Shown piece by piece: positions 1 to 11,548 of a stretch of 64,000 nt of DNA (its first letter is position 1; each line of letters starts with the position of its first letter). The stretch comes from Psilocybe cubensis (lineage: Eukaryota): NCBI GenBank assembly GCA_017499595.2, contig CM039007.1, positions 558,001 to 622,000 of the forward strand, in the 5' to 3' direction. A model generated the notes under the pieces. That model was not told where the DNA came from and searched no databases. It was given only the letters and a program-made list of their open reading frames with translations. The translations under genes and the position numbers were made by a program.

Positions 1-891
1 CGTCCTCCTTGAAGATTGCTTATAAACATAGATACGAAACGATAGCCTCCAGTTGTGAGTCAGGTTAAGCTGAGAATTGCCCAATGCTGCCCCATCGCAG
101 GCGCTTGCAAATCACTGGATCGGTCATACCACGATTTCTAAGCATCGAGGCTTGGCTTTGAAGGTTTGAAGCTTGGCTTGGTAAGGATTTCAAAACCCAC
201 GGTGTGCTAAAAATGGAATCAGGAGCTGCACCTGCGCACCTACCGGATCGATATATTCGATACGTGAATAGAGCCAAAGTAGAGCTGTGAGTATGAGGGT
301 AGAAAGGCTAACTGAGTACGAGGGTTGAAGCTGAGTGTGAGGGTAGAAAGGCTAACTTTCGACTCACTTAGTGAGGGCTGGTATGCGAGGGTTCGTTAGC
401 ATAAAGTTTAAGTTATAACGTTGAACGTTGAGTATTCGCAGAGCCGTTGACACGAGTATAGTATCACAGTTTCAAGTTGCAACGCTTTGTTTCAACCCTT
501 GTTGAAATGGAAAAGAAAAGGAGAGAGGGTTCAGGCAGTGGCATCATTGATGGCCGCGTGCATCCACGCCATGCATGGTGCCTGACGAGATTAATTGCGG
601 ACCCGATCGTTCAGATCACACATAGCGCATTACGTCAAGCTAGGCGCCTGTGCGTCGTCCTTTTTTGAGAAGCGTTGGGTTAACGTAGACAACTGCTGGG
701 TGACGACAATCGATATATTTATGCCCTTATAATCAATAGAACAACGACAATGGTGAATATGATTTGAACCAATGTAACTACAGAGTTGGTGAAAGATTGG
801 TACACAAACAACTGCAGTATGAAGAGTGGAAAGTCAGAGTTACGGTTCCTTCCCATCCTTCGCAACAAATTTGGGTTATGTATGAAAAAAA

Positions 892-1321
892 TCAAAGGTT
901 GAGATTGATCGGGGTGCAGCCAAGGGCAACAACGCCATCTACGAATTGGCTAAGTATTCGTCGCAAAACAAATAGTGAGGCAACTTACTGAACGAGTTGT
1001 TGGTGCAGCAAACGGGTTGAGCAGTGCTATTTAAGAGCAAATAAGCATATACTGAAAAACCCGGAGCAAACTTTGTGCTTACCAGGAGTCACCTCCAGCG
1101 CCGATGACGGTGATGGGGGTGCAGTTGACGCCGACGAGGGCGGTGACGTCTTGAACGACGATGCCCAAAAGGCCAAGGAGCTTGGAGATCGCTCCGTCGC
1201 TTGCGGTTCCGGTGCTGTTGCAGCACTGAAGGCTACCAGTGTCGCACTGGTTGGAGGGGGAACCTGTGGCAGCAGCAAGGGTAGCACCGAGTGCGAGGGT
1301 GGCGAGAACTTTGAATTGCAT
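892..1321 (-). CDS. Class I hydrophobin (3 exons: 1321-1083, 1026-989, 938-892)
   Basis: Signal peptide MQFKVLATLALGATLAAA. The spliced product has the 8-Cys pattern (C..CC..C..C..CC..C) and ends GVVALGCTPINLNL*. Two canonical GT-AG introns restore the frame. Confidence 0.95.
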
Positions 1322-2108
1322 GTTTGAAGAGCTGGTTTACTGAACTGTTTGAGCCTGTTCGAGTGAAGAATATGAGATGAACATACCTAGCTTTTATACG
1401 CGTTCACGAATCTTTGCGCGTTGTGGTTGATTTTCTTGTTTTGTCAGAAGTTATGTTTTCGCAGCAGAAAGAACAAAAACTAGACAATACTTCCCATGTC
1501 AAGGTGGAGTTTTATGATTCTTGGTGGAGCATCAGTTTATCACTCCATACACAGTAGCTATTGAACTTGGGAGTGCTCATGCGCTGAAATGACAGGTCTG
1601 AGAAAACGTGGTCAACAATCAATACATGCATCGTCATAGGTTATCCAGAATAAGTTCGGAAGAATTACAATCGGACAGCCTGTCCACACATCAAAGTTTT
1701 TGACGTCGATTAGAGGTGTCCCGAGGCAGGTAAATGAACAACAGTAGTGAAGTGTTCTGATTATGAACTGATTCAATAAACGCCAATATAATGCCCGTTG
1801 GAGCGCCTAAATGTATGAGCAGGACGTGGAAGTCACATCTAAGGATATTCAACTTGATCAAGAGCGCTTGAGAGGCCAAGCGGGAGACGGGCAGTCTCAC
1901 AGAACAAGACACAAAGATATAGTACAGGACAGGTCCAGGAGTATCATTATGGGCAAGAACAGGGAAGGGCCGCAGCATTGACAAAAATACCCTAAATCCA
2001 ATACATGACGATGACGCAGATTGTTTTGAGAAACGTCTAACATATGTCAAAAGCCATGCAGACATCACCAAAATATGCCGTCCTCATTGCATTTCGGAGG
2101 AAGTAAAC

Positions 2109-2438
2109 TATGGAAAGCCGGAAGAGCGAGGTGCCCAGACACAAACCAAACATCGTCCGGCAGAGATGCCGAGTGATCGCTAGGCAACTCACAATCCCGC
2201 TATGGCTGAACGACTTCCGACACCCTGCACCGAGTGCACTATACAAATATCTATATTCCATTGCATACTGTAGGTGTTACCTGCCCTGGTAGGTAATCTG
2301 GATACACATAATTATTACATGTAATCTAGTACACAATAGCAAACACAATTTTACTGGCATGGCAGGCAATTGCTGCGAAGCCGCCGTTTGAAGTTATTTT
2401 TCGCACTATTATTTACTAGTTATGGCCTGTAAGAAAGG
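2109..2438 (+). repeat. Outer inverted repeat, left copy
   Basis: 2109-2259 is the exact reverse complement of 16994-17144. Looser similarity continues to ~2438 (vs ~16930), with a ~117-bp insertion in this copy. Confidence 0.9.
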
Positions 2439-2863
2439 GTTTTTGCATCAGTTACAAGTTTTTCTTGCCCCCGCTATGACGTAAGTAACAATATTGACAC
2501 CGAGAGTAACAGCGGTTCCGTAGCCTTCATTTATATTGTAGAAATAAGGTGTTCAAAAGAAATAGACAAAGAAAGAGATAACAGGGTTAATTGAGAAATA
2601 CATGAAGGTAGAGTATAAGTCAGTTTCAAGAAATAGGAAAATAGAGTAAAGAAAATGAGCTAAAGGACTGGGTGTGTCGGGTGGATGGAACAAAGGTGAA
2701 GTCCACAGAAAAGTAAATTAAAGATAAGATAAAAGGAAGATAATCGGCGGTGTGGGAAACAGTCAGTTTTCTACAGGCTCACATCAAGGCTCACATCTTC
2801 AGCTCAAGGTCTCAACGACGTCGAGCTTAGACCACTCACTGTGCTCTCAGCCTTAGCTGCTAC

Positions 2864-3579
2864 TTGAAACCTTCATACCCTGGCAGTTGCCAGGTGTATG
2901 GTATATATCTACGGAGGCAACTGCCAGGTGCCACATTTGATGTGTTCACCTGTGCGGCACGCGGTTAGCCAGGGGTATGGACAATACGACCAAACAAAAC
3001 GTCAACAACAGCGAGCGGGGCCCCCGCGGGCGCGAAAAATGCGTTGCTCGTCGTCCGGGCGGCCGATTTTGGCGGGAAAAAATTCGTCGGGACCGCCTCG
3101 ACGAGCAGATTGCGTCGGCGTTGTTTGCGCGCGGGTACGGGCACTGGGCGGGATGGATTGGGCGGGTCGACTTTGGATGACGCCCAGCATTAATTCTGCG
3201 CGCCTTCCGTTTTAGGTACAGGGGTTGTCACGGATGTATTAGTTACACGCGTGCAAATTCATGGGCCGATCCAGGCCAATCCTTCATTGATGGGAATGAT
3301 GATCAAAATGATCATCATGCCGCGTCGCGCGCGTCGCGCACCGATACCGCAGGACGCAGCCTGCACGCCCCCGCGCCTTCAAAACCAGGGGTTGCTCGTC
3401 GTCTGGTCGGCGAATTATGGCGGGAAAAAATGCGTCGGGATCGCCGCGACGAGCAGATTATGATGCCCTCCTTTGCGCCCTGGTACGGGCAGGGGGCGGG
3501 ATGGATTGGGCGGGTCGAATCTGGATGACGTTCGCATTAATTTTGCGCATCTTCCGGATTAAATCGACGGATCATAGAT
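2864..3579 (+). repeat. Left terminal inverted repeat (~716 bp)
   Basis: Colinear with revcomp of 15942-16657 (coordinates sum to 19521 at both ends, so no net indel). One mismatch noticed in the first 675 bp (3437/16084). The mirror-image ORFs in the track confirm the match. Confidence 0.95.
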
Positions 3580-3669
3580 GGCTGCACTATAATTAGATAA
3601 ACGCGTGGCGTACACGGGTCCGTATGGCTGCACTATAATTAGATAAACGCGTGGCGTACACGGGTCCGT
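3578..3669 (+). repeat. 46-bp perfect tandem duplication at the inner edge of the left TIR
   Basis: ATGGCTGCACTATAATTAGATAAACGCGTGGCGTACACGGGTCCGT at 3578-3623 and 3624-3669. Confidence 0.95.
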
Positions 3670-4222
3670 TCTCCGTTCATCCGATCAATACTGATGGGAA
3701 TGATGCGTGAAAGCGCTTCCGCATGCTGCCCCGCCGCCTTCAATGTGGAGGGCTGATTGGTTTCTGGAGGGCCATGTTATGTCATGGAATACATGTTGAA
3801 GTCTCCTCGACGAGAGGTCCCAGAGTACTGGTATGGAATAGGCATGGAAAGGCATGGAACAGATTCAGTGCATAATTTAGAATTGATACACGGATTCCAT
3901 AGCGGTCCATGAAGAATCTAATAGTTTACACACGCCGAATAATACATTTCATGTGTTTTTGATCACGCACATTGTATTTTGCGTCATTAAGCACCCGGTG
4001 CGTCATTCTGATCGAAAAATAGTGTCATATTTTTAGATAATCGTGTTGATGTTCTGCGTCTCCGAGTTGTATTAAACAATTGGACGTTATATACCATTGA
4101 AATCAATCGAATGAAACAAGTGGACCTTAGTAGACCTTAGTCCAGCGTAATGAAACACGAATTTCATTATAATTTCGACAAAATTTCACATTGGCAACAG
4201 CAAAAAAAATCTACAACATGAA

Positions 4223-6229
4223 CTACACTGGCGCACTCCCTTCAACTCCTGTGACAATCTCGTTCCCAAAAGCATCAAGGCGCTCGGGCGGAATAATATT
4301 TCCCTTGGCATCAATACGACGTCCTTCCTTGTCGACGAGACGTCCAAATTCATCCTCGTAATGCCAGCTGCGAATAAAAAGTATAATTAGTCTGGTTTTA
4401 GGGAATATCAACCAATTCTTACGAATGCTTTGTTTTCTTTTTGGGAGGTGGAGCAACACCAGCAGAGGCTGAATCTGCTGTCGCGGCGGGAGCCTTTCGC
4501 TTTGGACGGTCCACTTTTGAAACGGTGGGCTTGGCCTTCTTCTTCCCTTTCTTGGCCTTGGTGACACCCTTTGCAGAAGAGGCGGCAGCGGTCAAGCTGC
4601 TTGGTGAATCCACGGGTGCGTTCAATGCCGACGAGGGCTGCTCCGAAGGGACTTGTGCAGCAGAGGGAGGTTGTTGTGGAGATGGTGATGGAGGTCTGCT
4701 GACAGGAAGTGAGAGAGCAGGTGATGGGCCACGCGAGTATGGCTCATTGTCACGAATGTCGCCCTCATCAGTGTCGGAAACAAGATCCACAGGAAATGGG
4801 TTGCCATTGGCGCAATCTACTGCCACCGACTGCGATGGTGCGGATACGAGTTCTTCGGCGACTACAGCTCCGGTACCGGATGCCTCTGAATTTTGATTCC
4901 CATCAGCAAGAGCGTGAACTGTCGCGTTTGCTTCGTCAAATTGAAGGTCTGCCATCGGGAGCAATCCTTCCTCCTCTGGAAGCGAACGGGATTGACACTC
5001 TTCTTTAGCTGAATATCGTGTAGCAAAAATAGTCAGATGAATAGAATAATAGATATATTTGTACAAACTCACAGTAGCACTTGTGGAGGAAGCTTCCAAA
5101 GATAGGAATGATATGTTTCTTGTAGCCTACACGTTCTGCCTGCCCAAAGTTCATTTTAACGTCCCCCGACGTCAACCCTGAATGCAAACTAGACACAGAT
5201 ATAAAAATAACTCGTGAGGAAAGGATTACAAGGAAACAAACAAAGATGAATTGCGTACCTAATAACACTCAAATGACCCCCTCTGGCAGGTTCTGGACCT
5301 CCAGCAATGAGCGTGGCTTTCCATCCAGTCGCGGCACATATGGCATCCAAAATGGGCTGAAGGATCTGAGGCAAGCTTTGAATTGATCTACAACGTAACG
5401 TGTACTATTAACGACTATGTTCACAAGGTACTGTATCAATACATACCTCTGGCAATCTCTTGGATCAGTTGAAGGGGGAGCACCCGACGATTCTGCTTTG
5501 AACTTCTCCATTGCAGCATCGTGCTCCTCTTGAGCTGCTTTCTTCCACTGGGCCTGCTCCTGAATTGAAAGGGCCTGAAACATAGTTCGGGCGATTCTAT
5601 CACGATCAGCTGCCTTGTTTGCCTTTGCCCTAGTCTCTCCTTGCTCCTTAGCACGCGCGATCTCGTTCTCGTATGCCCTATCTATTGCTTCGCGCTGCGA
5701 TTTTCGCCACACGTTCACAGGGGCTTTGAGTCGAGGACGTTGAGATTCCTTGGTCGGATTATAAATCCGTTGAAGAAGTCCCGCAAGGAGAGTGACGTTG
5801 GAGTTCATCTTGGGTCCATTCTCCCGAGCATACTGGTATGCAAACCATCGTCGTAATTGCTTCAAGATGAGCTTGTAATCAGAAATAATTTTTTATAAAT
5901 TTAGAAAACCTTACTCCTTTACGGACAATGAGCACAGTCTGCCTTGCCTTGAAAGCGGCCATCTGCATATTATATTCGTCCTCTGAAAGTAAGTCCCGGT
6001 CCGGTTCTGCAACATCCTCATCAGGGTCATTGTCATTTACTGCAGCAAGAGCTTCTGGTGTTGGATCTTGGTTGAGAGGCATTTCGACGGGAAAGCGCTT
6101 GAAATATCGACGCTGAATGGCCATTAACGTCTCGGCGACGTGACCATTCTTCACAGCATCGGCGTATATTCCTTTTTGTGCGAGCAAGAATTCCTTGCAA
6201 GCACCTTTGAATATTCCAGGGTTTGGCAT
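4223..6229 (-). CDS. Transposon cargo protein with a divergent HMG-box-like helical region (~6 exons)
   Basis: Spliced model: MPNPGIFKG...QRRYFKRFP...QLRRWFAYQY...APVNVWRK...ARTMFQALSIQEQAQWKKAAQEEH...WKATLIAGGPEP...FGSFLHKCY. It resembles the Agaricomycete family found beside KDZ/TET loci. The HMG call is inferred from motif pattern. Confidence 0.7.
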
Positions 6230-6686
6230 TAGAATAAATTTTTGAGACGTCGACAACGAATGGATTGGAAGTAAAGACTGTGAAAATGAGCCAATTGATA
6301 CAAGCACGGCAGTAAAACCTCGACAAATCGATGCAAAACCTTTAAATTTTCTACGCAAGAATGCAACGACTGACATTGCTTCAACATCTACATACTCAAA
6401 ACATGATTTCAACCCACCTCTTTGCTAAATTAGTCAAACTATCTATCAAATGTAGAATATGTTTGACAAATTTCCATATCGTCGTCCACAGGTACTGCTC
6501 AAAATTCAAGGTACTGCTCAAAATTCAGAAAAATAAGAGCCGAGTTTGCCAAGTTGAATGCAATCAAGGCGCACCGACAAGGCCGCTAGCAACCACATGT
6601 TTCAAATTTCAAAATACAGGAATACCGCATGTTGTTTGGTCTGCTTTTTTATAAAACACCTTGGAACGAGTTGAGAAGAGCCCTTT

Positions 6687-8480
6687 ATGGATCTTCCCCC
6701 CCCCTCATTGCCGTCGAAGTCTCCAGAGGCGATGGGCGCCTCTGGAGATCAGCCTCAGCCCGCAAGTGGTTCAACATCCTTGCAGCCCTCGTCTCAGCTT
6801 CCTGTGTCGTCTACTTTGCCTGGTCCTTCTTCTTCATCGCAGCCTATCTCCTCCTCTCCACCGTCCAATGACTCTGGTACTGCTTCAAACACGGAGTCTA
6901 CCCCAACAACGTCGGAAAATGTGTCTGGCACTCAAACTCCCGCGCCAGCGACTATGGTTGCCCCGCCTGTCCTGCCTTTCCGTGGAGTGAATTTTTCCTC
7001 CGTTCGTGTCCCTCGTCCCTTGGAGCTGGTATCACCGGCTATGATACTTCTTGTTATCACGGTTGGCCATATTGTCGGTATTTTTGATAGAGAAGAGTAC
7101 GTTTTTATATTTTGTCTTATTTTACAATATCTAACTGTCCTTACACATAGTCAAATCGACATGGGTATCCTGTTTTTGGTTCCCGGATACGCTATTCGAC
7201 AGTTTTTTTCATGGGCGGAGGCCATTGCCTATTACACGGAGCGTTTTAACGCAGGCAATGTCCGGATTGTTCAGCCCGTCCGATCAAACTCTGATCACAC
7301 GGCTTTGTCATTGGCGCCCACTCCCACGGTTTCATCATCAGCGCCTATTCCTCCAGGCCACAATCCACGCACTGCTTCGACTTCATCCTCTTCCCCGCCC
7401 ACTCTCCCCACAGCACCAACTTCTCGTTGTCATCCGACTTCTTCGAATTCCGCTGGTTCTGCGGCCTCTGCATCGTCACGGTCTACGGCTTCACAGAAGA
7501 TTCAGGATTCAAACGCTCGATTTGGGACGGAACCAAACCCAATCCCAATTGGGTTTGGTGATGCACTCACTGCACGCGCCATCCGTTTGTCACGACAATA
7601 CAGGAGCCCCACGCGTGGTTCATCGACTTCGCGAATTAGAGCTCCTGGTACTCTGGGTAGTCCCATTCGGCCTTCCAAGAGGCTCAGGATCATCAAGTCT
7701 CGCAAGAATACAGCGGCCACGAAGACTCCGTCTTGGGATGACTCGGATGAAGATGCACAGGTCGTCAAATCTCGGACAAATAAAGGTAAAGCGCCAGTTA
7801 GGAACGCCAACAACGACGTATTTTCGTCTAGCAGTGCCGCCGGTACAGGACCCCCCCCGCCATATTCCACTACAATCGCGGCATCCAGTTCGTCGAACCC
7901 ACCCGCTCTGGATTCCAGCTCCTCCGCTACCGCCTCCGTCACACCTTCTTTGGCAGCACCACCGTCTCCCAACTGGGGCCAAGGCCCTTCGCGTCCAGCA
8001 ACTCCCTATCCCCCTTACACTTCTGATGATTTCTATGCCGGTCGCTGGTCCTTCACAAGGGAGGATCGCGCTCTTTTTGAGCGCCTTGGAGAAGTTATAC
8101 GGGATGAATTGGCTACAGCGGCGACTCCTTCGGATTGGCCAACTCTTTCTGATGAAGCACATGAACGTCGTCGAGATCTTCTCCGTGTAATTGGACAGCA
8201 CCTTGTAGGATTGTATCCAAGATCGCCTCAGCCCACTTCGTCGTCATCGAATGCCCCAAATGTGCTCATCAATGGTATTTGTTACGTTCATACTCATTCA
8301 TTATTTATTATACTCATTCACATAGGTGCAGGTTCTTCACAGAGTCAGGCAGGGTCTTCACAGAGCCAGGCAGGTTCTTCACAGAGTCAGGCAGGGGATT
8401 CCTTACCTGCGGATGTCATGGACACGTCATCGGATGGAAACACCTTGGATGATGGCTTGGAAAGACCGGATGAGCCGTGA
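6687..8480 (+). CDS. Ser/Pro-rich cargo protein with an RNase H1 N-terminal (hybrid-binding/viroplasmin)-like motif
   Basis: 597-codon ORF that reads through two in-frame introns (7097-7150 and ~8274-8324). Spliced motif: VITVGHIVGIFDREDQIDMGILFLVPGYAIRQFFSWAEAIAYYTERFNAGNV. The C-terminus has a 21-bp x3 repeat (GSSQSQA). Confidence 0.65.
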   Translation: MDLPPPSLPSKSPEAMGASGDQPQPASGSTSLQPSSQLPVSSTLPGPSSSSQPISSSPPSNDSGTASNTESTPTTSENVSGTQTPAPATMVAPPVLPFRGVNFSSVRVPRPLELVSPAMILLVITVGHIVGIFDREEYVFIFCLILQYLTVLTHSQIDMGILFLVPGYAIRQFFSWAEAIAYYTERFNAGNVRIVQPVRSNSDHTALSLAPTPTVSSSAPIPPGHNPRTASTSSSSPPTLPTAPTSRCHPTSSNSAGSAASASSRSTASQKIQDSNARFGTEPNPIPIGFGDALTARAIRLSRQYRSPTRGSSTSRIRAPGTLGSPIRPSKRLRIIKSRKNTAATKTPSWDDSDEDAQVVKSRTNKGKAPVRNANNDVFSSSSAAGTGPPPPYSTTIAASSSSNPPALDSSSSATASVTPSLAAPPSPNWGQGPSRPATPYPPYTSDDFYAGRWSFTREDRALFERLGEVIRDELATAATPSDWPTLSDEAHERRRDLLRVIGQHLVGLYPRSPQPTSSSSNAPNVLINGICYVHTHSLFIILIHIGAGSSQSQAGSSQSQAGSSQSQAGDSLPADVMDTSSDGNTLDDGLERPDEP

Positions 8481-8789
8481 GCGTGGGCGGTAGGGTACAA
8501 ATTATGTCGATTACATGTGTTGTTGTGTATAGCCCCGTACCCAGAAATGATTTTTCGTGCCCTTTTTTCCTTCTTGCATTGCAACGAATTCCCAATTGTC
8601 TAAGATAATCAATCACAAGCATGATACACTACCAACTCGTCTAAATCTCCCGTGAAAAATTTAGTGAAACATACCAAAAATGAATGAAAATGGAACCAAT
8701 ACACATGTGGTCTGAAGGCATACTGGGTGGTTTGCTGTTTTACCGACTTACACCGCGTGCTAACAAGAGATACCCCTCTTGGGGTGATA

Positions 8790-9352
8790 TCAGACCGGCC
8801 TTCCATGTTTCCGAAGCCATTCCTCCTCCGAAATCTCTTCGGCCATGGCACTCAATCGGATCCATTCAGCTTCCTCGTCGATTTCCTCCTCGCTCTCCTC
8901 ACCCCTTTGCGCCTTCTCCGCCTTCATCTTACGGCGTCTGTTGCAAGTAGATTAGTAACTTGAGAATATTGTTGTTGTACAAAAAATACCTGTAATAGAT
9001 CTTTGCTTTCGCATTGAGAATTGTGCGATTTTTTTCCCTATAACGGGCCTGTGCCTCTCTGTGCTTTTGACGGGCGGCTGCAAGCTCATCTTCAGGCAGG
9101 CTTTTGCGTCTGTAATAAAAAAAATTTACATGGTTGTTATTAATTGACTGCTAGTTTGCTCACCTACGCGACCTTTCTGCCGACTTGCGCTTTTCAACGT
9201 CTCGAAATCTACATTGCTATACTTCAACCTGCTGTCCAACTCTCATTTAGAAAATAATGAAATACGTACGCCTCGTAGTAAGCTTGTCGACGTCTAAGAT
9301 ACAGAGGCCGATTAATGTGTTTGAAAGCTTTGGAGGCAGCACGTCTGGCCAT
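8790..9352 (-). CDS. Small basic helical protein, 131 aa, 4 exons (9352-9270, 9208-9164, 9109-8990, 8937-8790)
   Basis: Three GT-AG introns (61, 54, 52 nt) give one 396-nt frame: MARRAASKAF...RRRKSLPEDELAAARQKHREAQARYREKNRTILNAKAKIYYRRRK, followed by an acidic tail. Not in the ORF track. Confidence 0.75.
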
Positions 9353-9919
9353 GGCTGTACACTGTGGAGGTTAACAACTAAGTCTGTCTATTTCTGCCGA
9401 TATCTTAAAATAGAGCACTTCGGCGTCTTTATATTCTACTTTATGCAACGGAGTGGAAAGTGAATCGTTATAAAATATTCAATTGCGACATATTTTCATG
9501 TTCAAACATGCTATGTAAGAGTACCATAAATAATGTAAAATCGCAACTCATCTATTTGCAAGCAAAAAAAAAAAAATTTGGTTCAAAGGTGTGCTTCCTG
9601 GAAGAAAGGTCGACGTCAAATTACAGACAAACCGTAAAATGGCCCACAGAGATCACCCTTATAGATATTATCAGATAGCCCTTAAATTTAGTATTGGGAG
9701 ATTTGTTATGAAAATGTGATCACGGTGGTACAATTTTTAACCAGGGGTGATCCCAATTCAGCTCTGAATATCACAAATACCTTCAAAATTGCGTCTCCGA
9801 GATCACCAAAGTGTGGTCCGTCACAAATATAATTCAATTTTTATGTACAAACTCCAAGATGCAACAATGACAAAACTAATTTATGATTATTCCTTTATGT
9901 TAGAGTCTTACAAGAGTGC

Positions 9920-11328
9920 TTACTCATCTACACACTGGTATTTCAGCGTGTCAGAGAGCAATGACATCCCAAATTTCCACCTGTTTGCGTTCCTCTCCGC
10001 GTCCTCTTCAATCTGAGTTTGCGATAGCGTCGATAAGTATTGTTCCCTAGATTGACAACCATTCTCCACCCATCTGAAAATACCCCCAGCAGTGTATTGT
10101 GCGAAAGAATATCGGCGTTCGTTCTTTGAGACGGGCACATTGGAATGTGTTAGCAATGCCGAAGGGATTAAGATGGTGCAACCGGGCGGGAACTCGATGA
10201 CCAATTTGAGGTCCCAGAGTATCAAATGACCCCCTTTTGTGTAATCATAGTCCCCTAAAGCCGTTATTGCACACATTCCAAACGCGAGATTGGCAAAGTC
10301 CTTGTGGGGAAAGCACACTGTACGCGGACCTAAGTTGTAGGATACGGCGCTGAAGATACTCTGAGGAAAGATGCGATGAAGACGCGGGTACGCAAGATGC
10401 AGCTTGTCGAGGGTCGATGCGTAGTAGTGATACAGATCATTGAACCACGTATACATAACAGCTTTAACTCTGGTTAGAGAAGATAATGTGCTGCAATAGA
10501 AGGCGTACTCACAAGATGCAAAGCCTGCAAATCGTTTAAATGGCTCGAGACTATTGAGCTCTTCGAGTATTTTTGCATTGACTTTGTGATTCTTCAAATT
10601 TCCCGGTGCACGTTGGCCCCCTCCATGCGATACACCGGCTCGCAGCGTTGTGAATTTCCCTCGTCTGTGCGTACGCTCTTTAGCAGGAACATGACAACTC
10701 GATCGCTTGCTCTCCAGAGCATCCGCTGCCTGTTTTTGAAGCTCGGTCCATGAGTCATCCTTCGGGTGGTTCGCGATGACGCCGATGATATGATTCTGAG
10801 AGTCTAAGATCGGAATAGATGCTCTATATTTGATGTTAATCTGTACAAAGTTGAATAATACAAGGGGACGCACGATTGAGCCTTAACCAATGTGAATTTG
10901 AACTTGGAGCTTTCCCCAACCAACTCAGCAAGCCTGTAAACCCGACGACTTCCAAGGCCGCGATCCAAAGCAATGTATCCAGTTTGAACCACCGGGATAT
11001 CGTTGGCGTCGAAATCCACGTATTGCGCTCTTGAGTCCAGTTTGTGTCGCGGATGCTCTCGTGGATTGTGATATGCGCGTTTAGCCTCGGCTCGCTTCCT
11101 TTTACGTCTGTTTTTAGCAGCGAGATTACGCTTTACTTTGCAATGGTCAGCAATGTCTTTACTGCCGTCGTGGTGGTCTATTTCCTCAGGGGTTGCGGGG
11201 GATTCCCTAAGCATTGCAGGGGTGGAATCAACATCTTCATAGTCTAAGTTATCGTCCTGTGTCGCTTCTTGCAAAATAAACGCGTTTAGAAGGCGTGTAG
11301 GAAGGTCAAACAGTGCCTGGAGCACCAT
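9920..11328 (-). CDS. TET/JBP-family 2OG-Fe(II) dioxygenase (fungal TET)
   Basis: Motifs GVSHGGGQ..PGNL, NLGPRTVCFPHKD (HxD), GGHLILWDLKLVIEFPPG, PSALLTHSN (distal H) and RRYSFAQYTAGGIFRW (RxS). Introns at 10873-10824 and 10512-10462. Start codon uncertain. Confidence 0.92.
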
Positions 11329-11431
11329 CCTTTGTGGAACGCGTCTAAGGGGACAGAATTAGCTTGAAGGCGACATGCGATGGCATTAACACGAAAAAAA
11401 GAGAAATTACGAAGATATGAAGCGCGAGAGT

Positions 11432-11548
11432 CACAGTGTATGTCCAGGCGTGAACGTTCCTGTGTTTCTGCGCACAAAAGAGGATGGGAAGAATAAGGAA
11501 GGATATGTGCGAGACACAGTGTATGTCCAGGCGTGAACGTTCCTGTGT
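11432..11548. repeat. 34-bp perfect direct repeat in the TET/transposase divergent intergenic region
   Basis: CACAGTGTATGTCCAGGCGTGAACGTTCCTGTGT at 11432-11465 and 11515-11548. Confidence 0.9.

Noticed and set aside
281-411. Short GAGGGT-containing repeats, including a near-identical ~26-bp pair at 288 and 332
   Set aside because: Irregular and without unique equal-length spacers. Not CRISPR or telomeric, and no function supportable.
1073-1327. Antisense and alternative-frame ORFs over the hydrophobin, and similar ones over other genes
   Set aside because: Shadow ORFs of real coding sequence.
2110-2292. MESRKSEVPRHKPN ORF recurring at 16937-17155 and 19620-19838
   Set aside because: Translation of the repeated DNA. 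The frames diverge as soon as the nucleotide repeat ends.
2856-2863. Target-site duplication for the inner TIR element
   Set aside because: The flanks GCTGCTAC and CGGGCCAC (16658-16665) do not match.
2898-3463. ORFs of 105, 67, 62 and 70 aa mirrored at 16058-16623
   Set aside because: By-products of the GC-rich TIR being present twice. No protein-like motifs.
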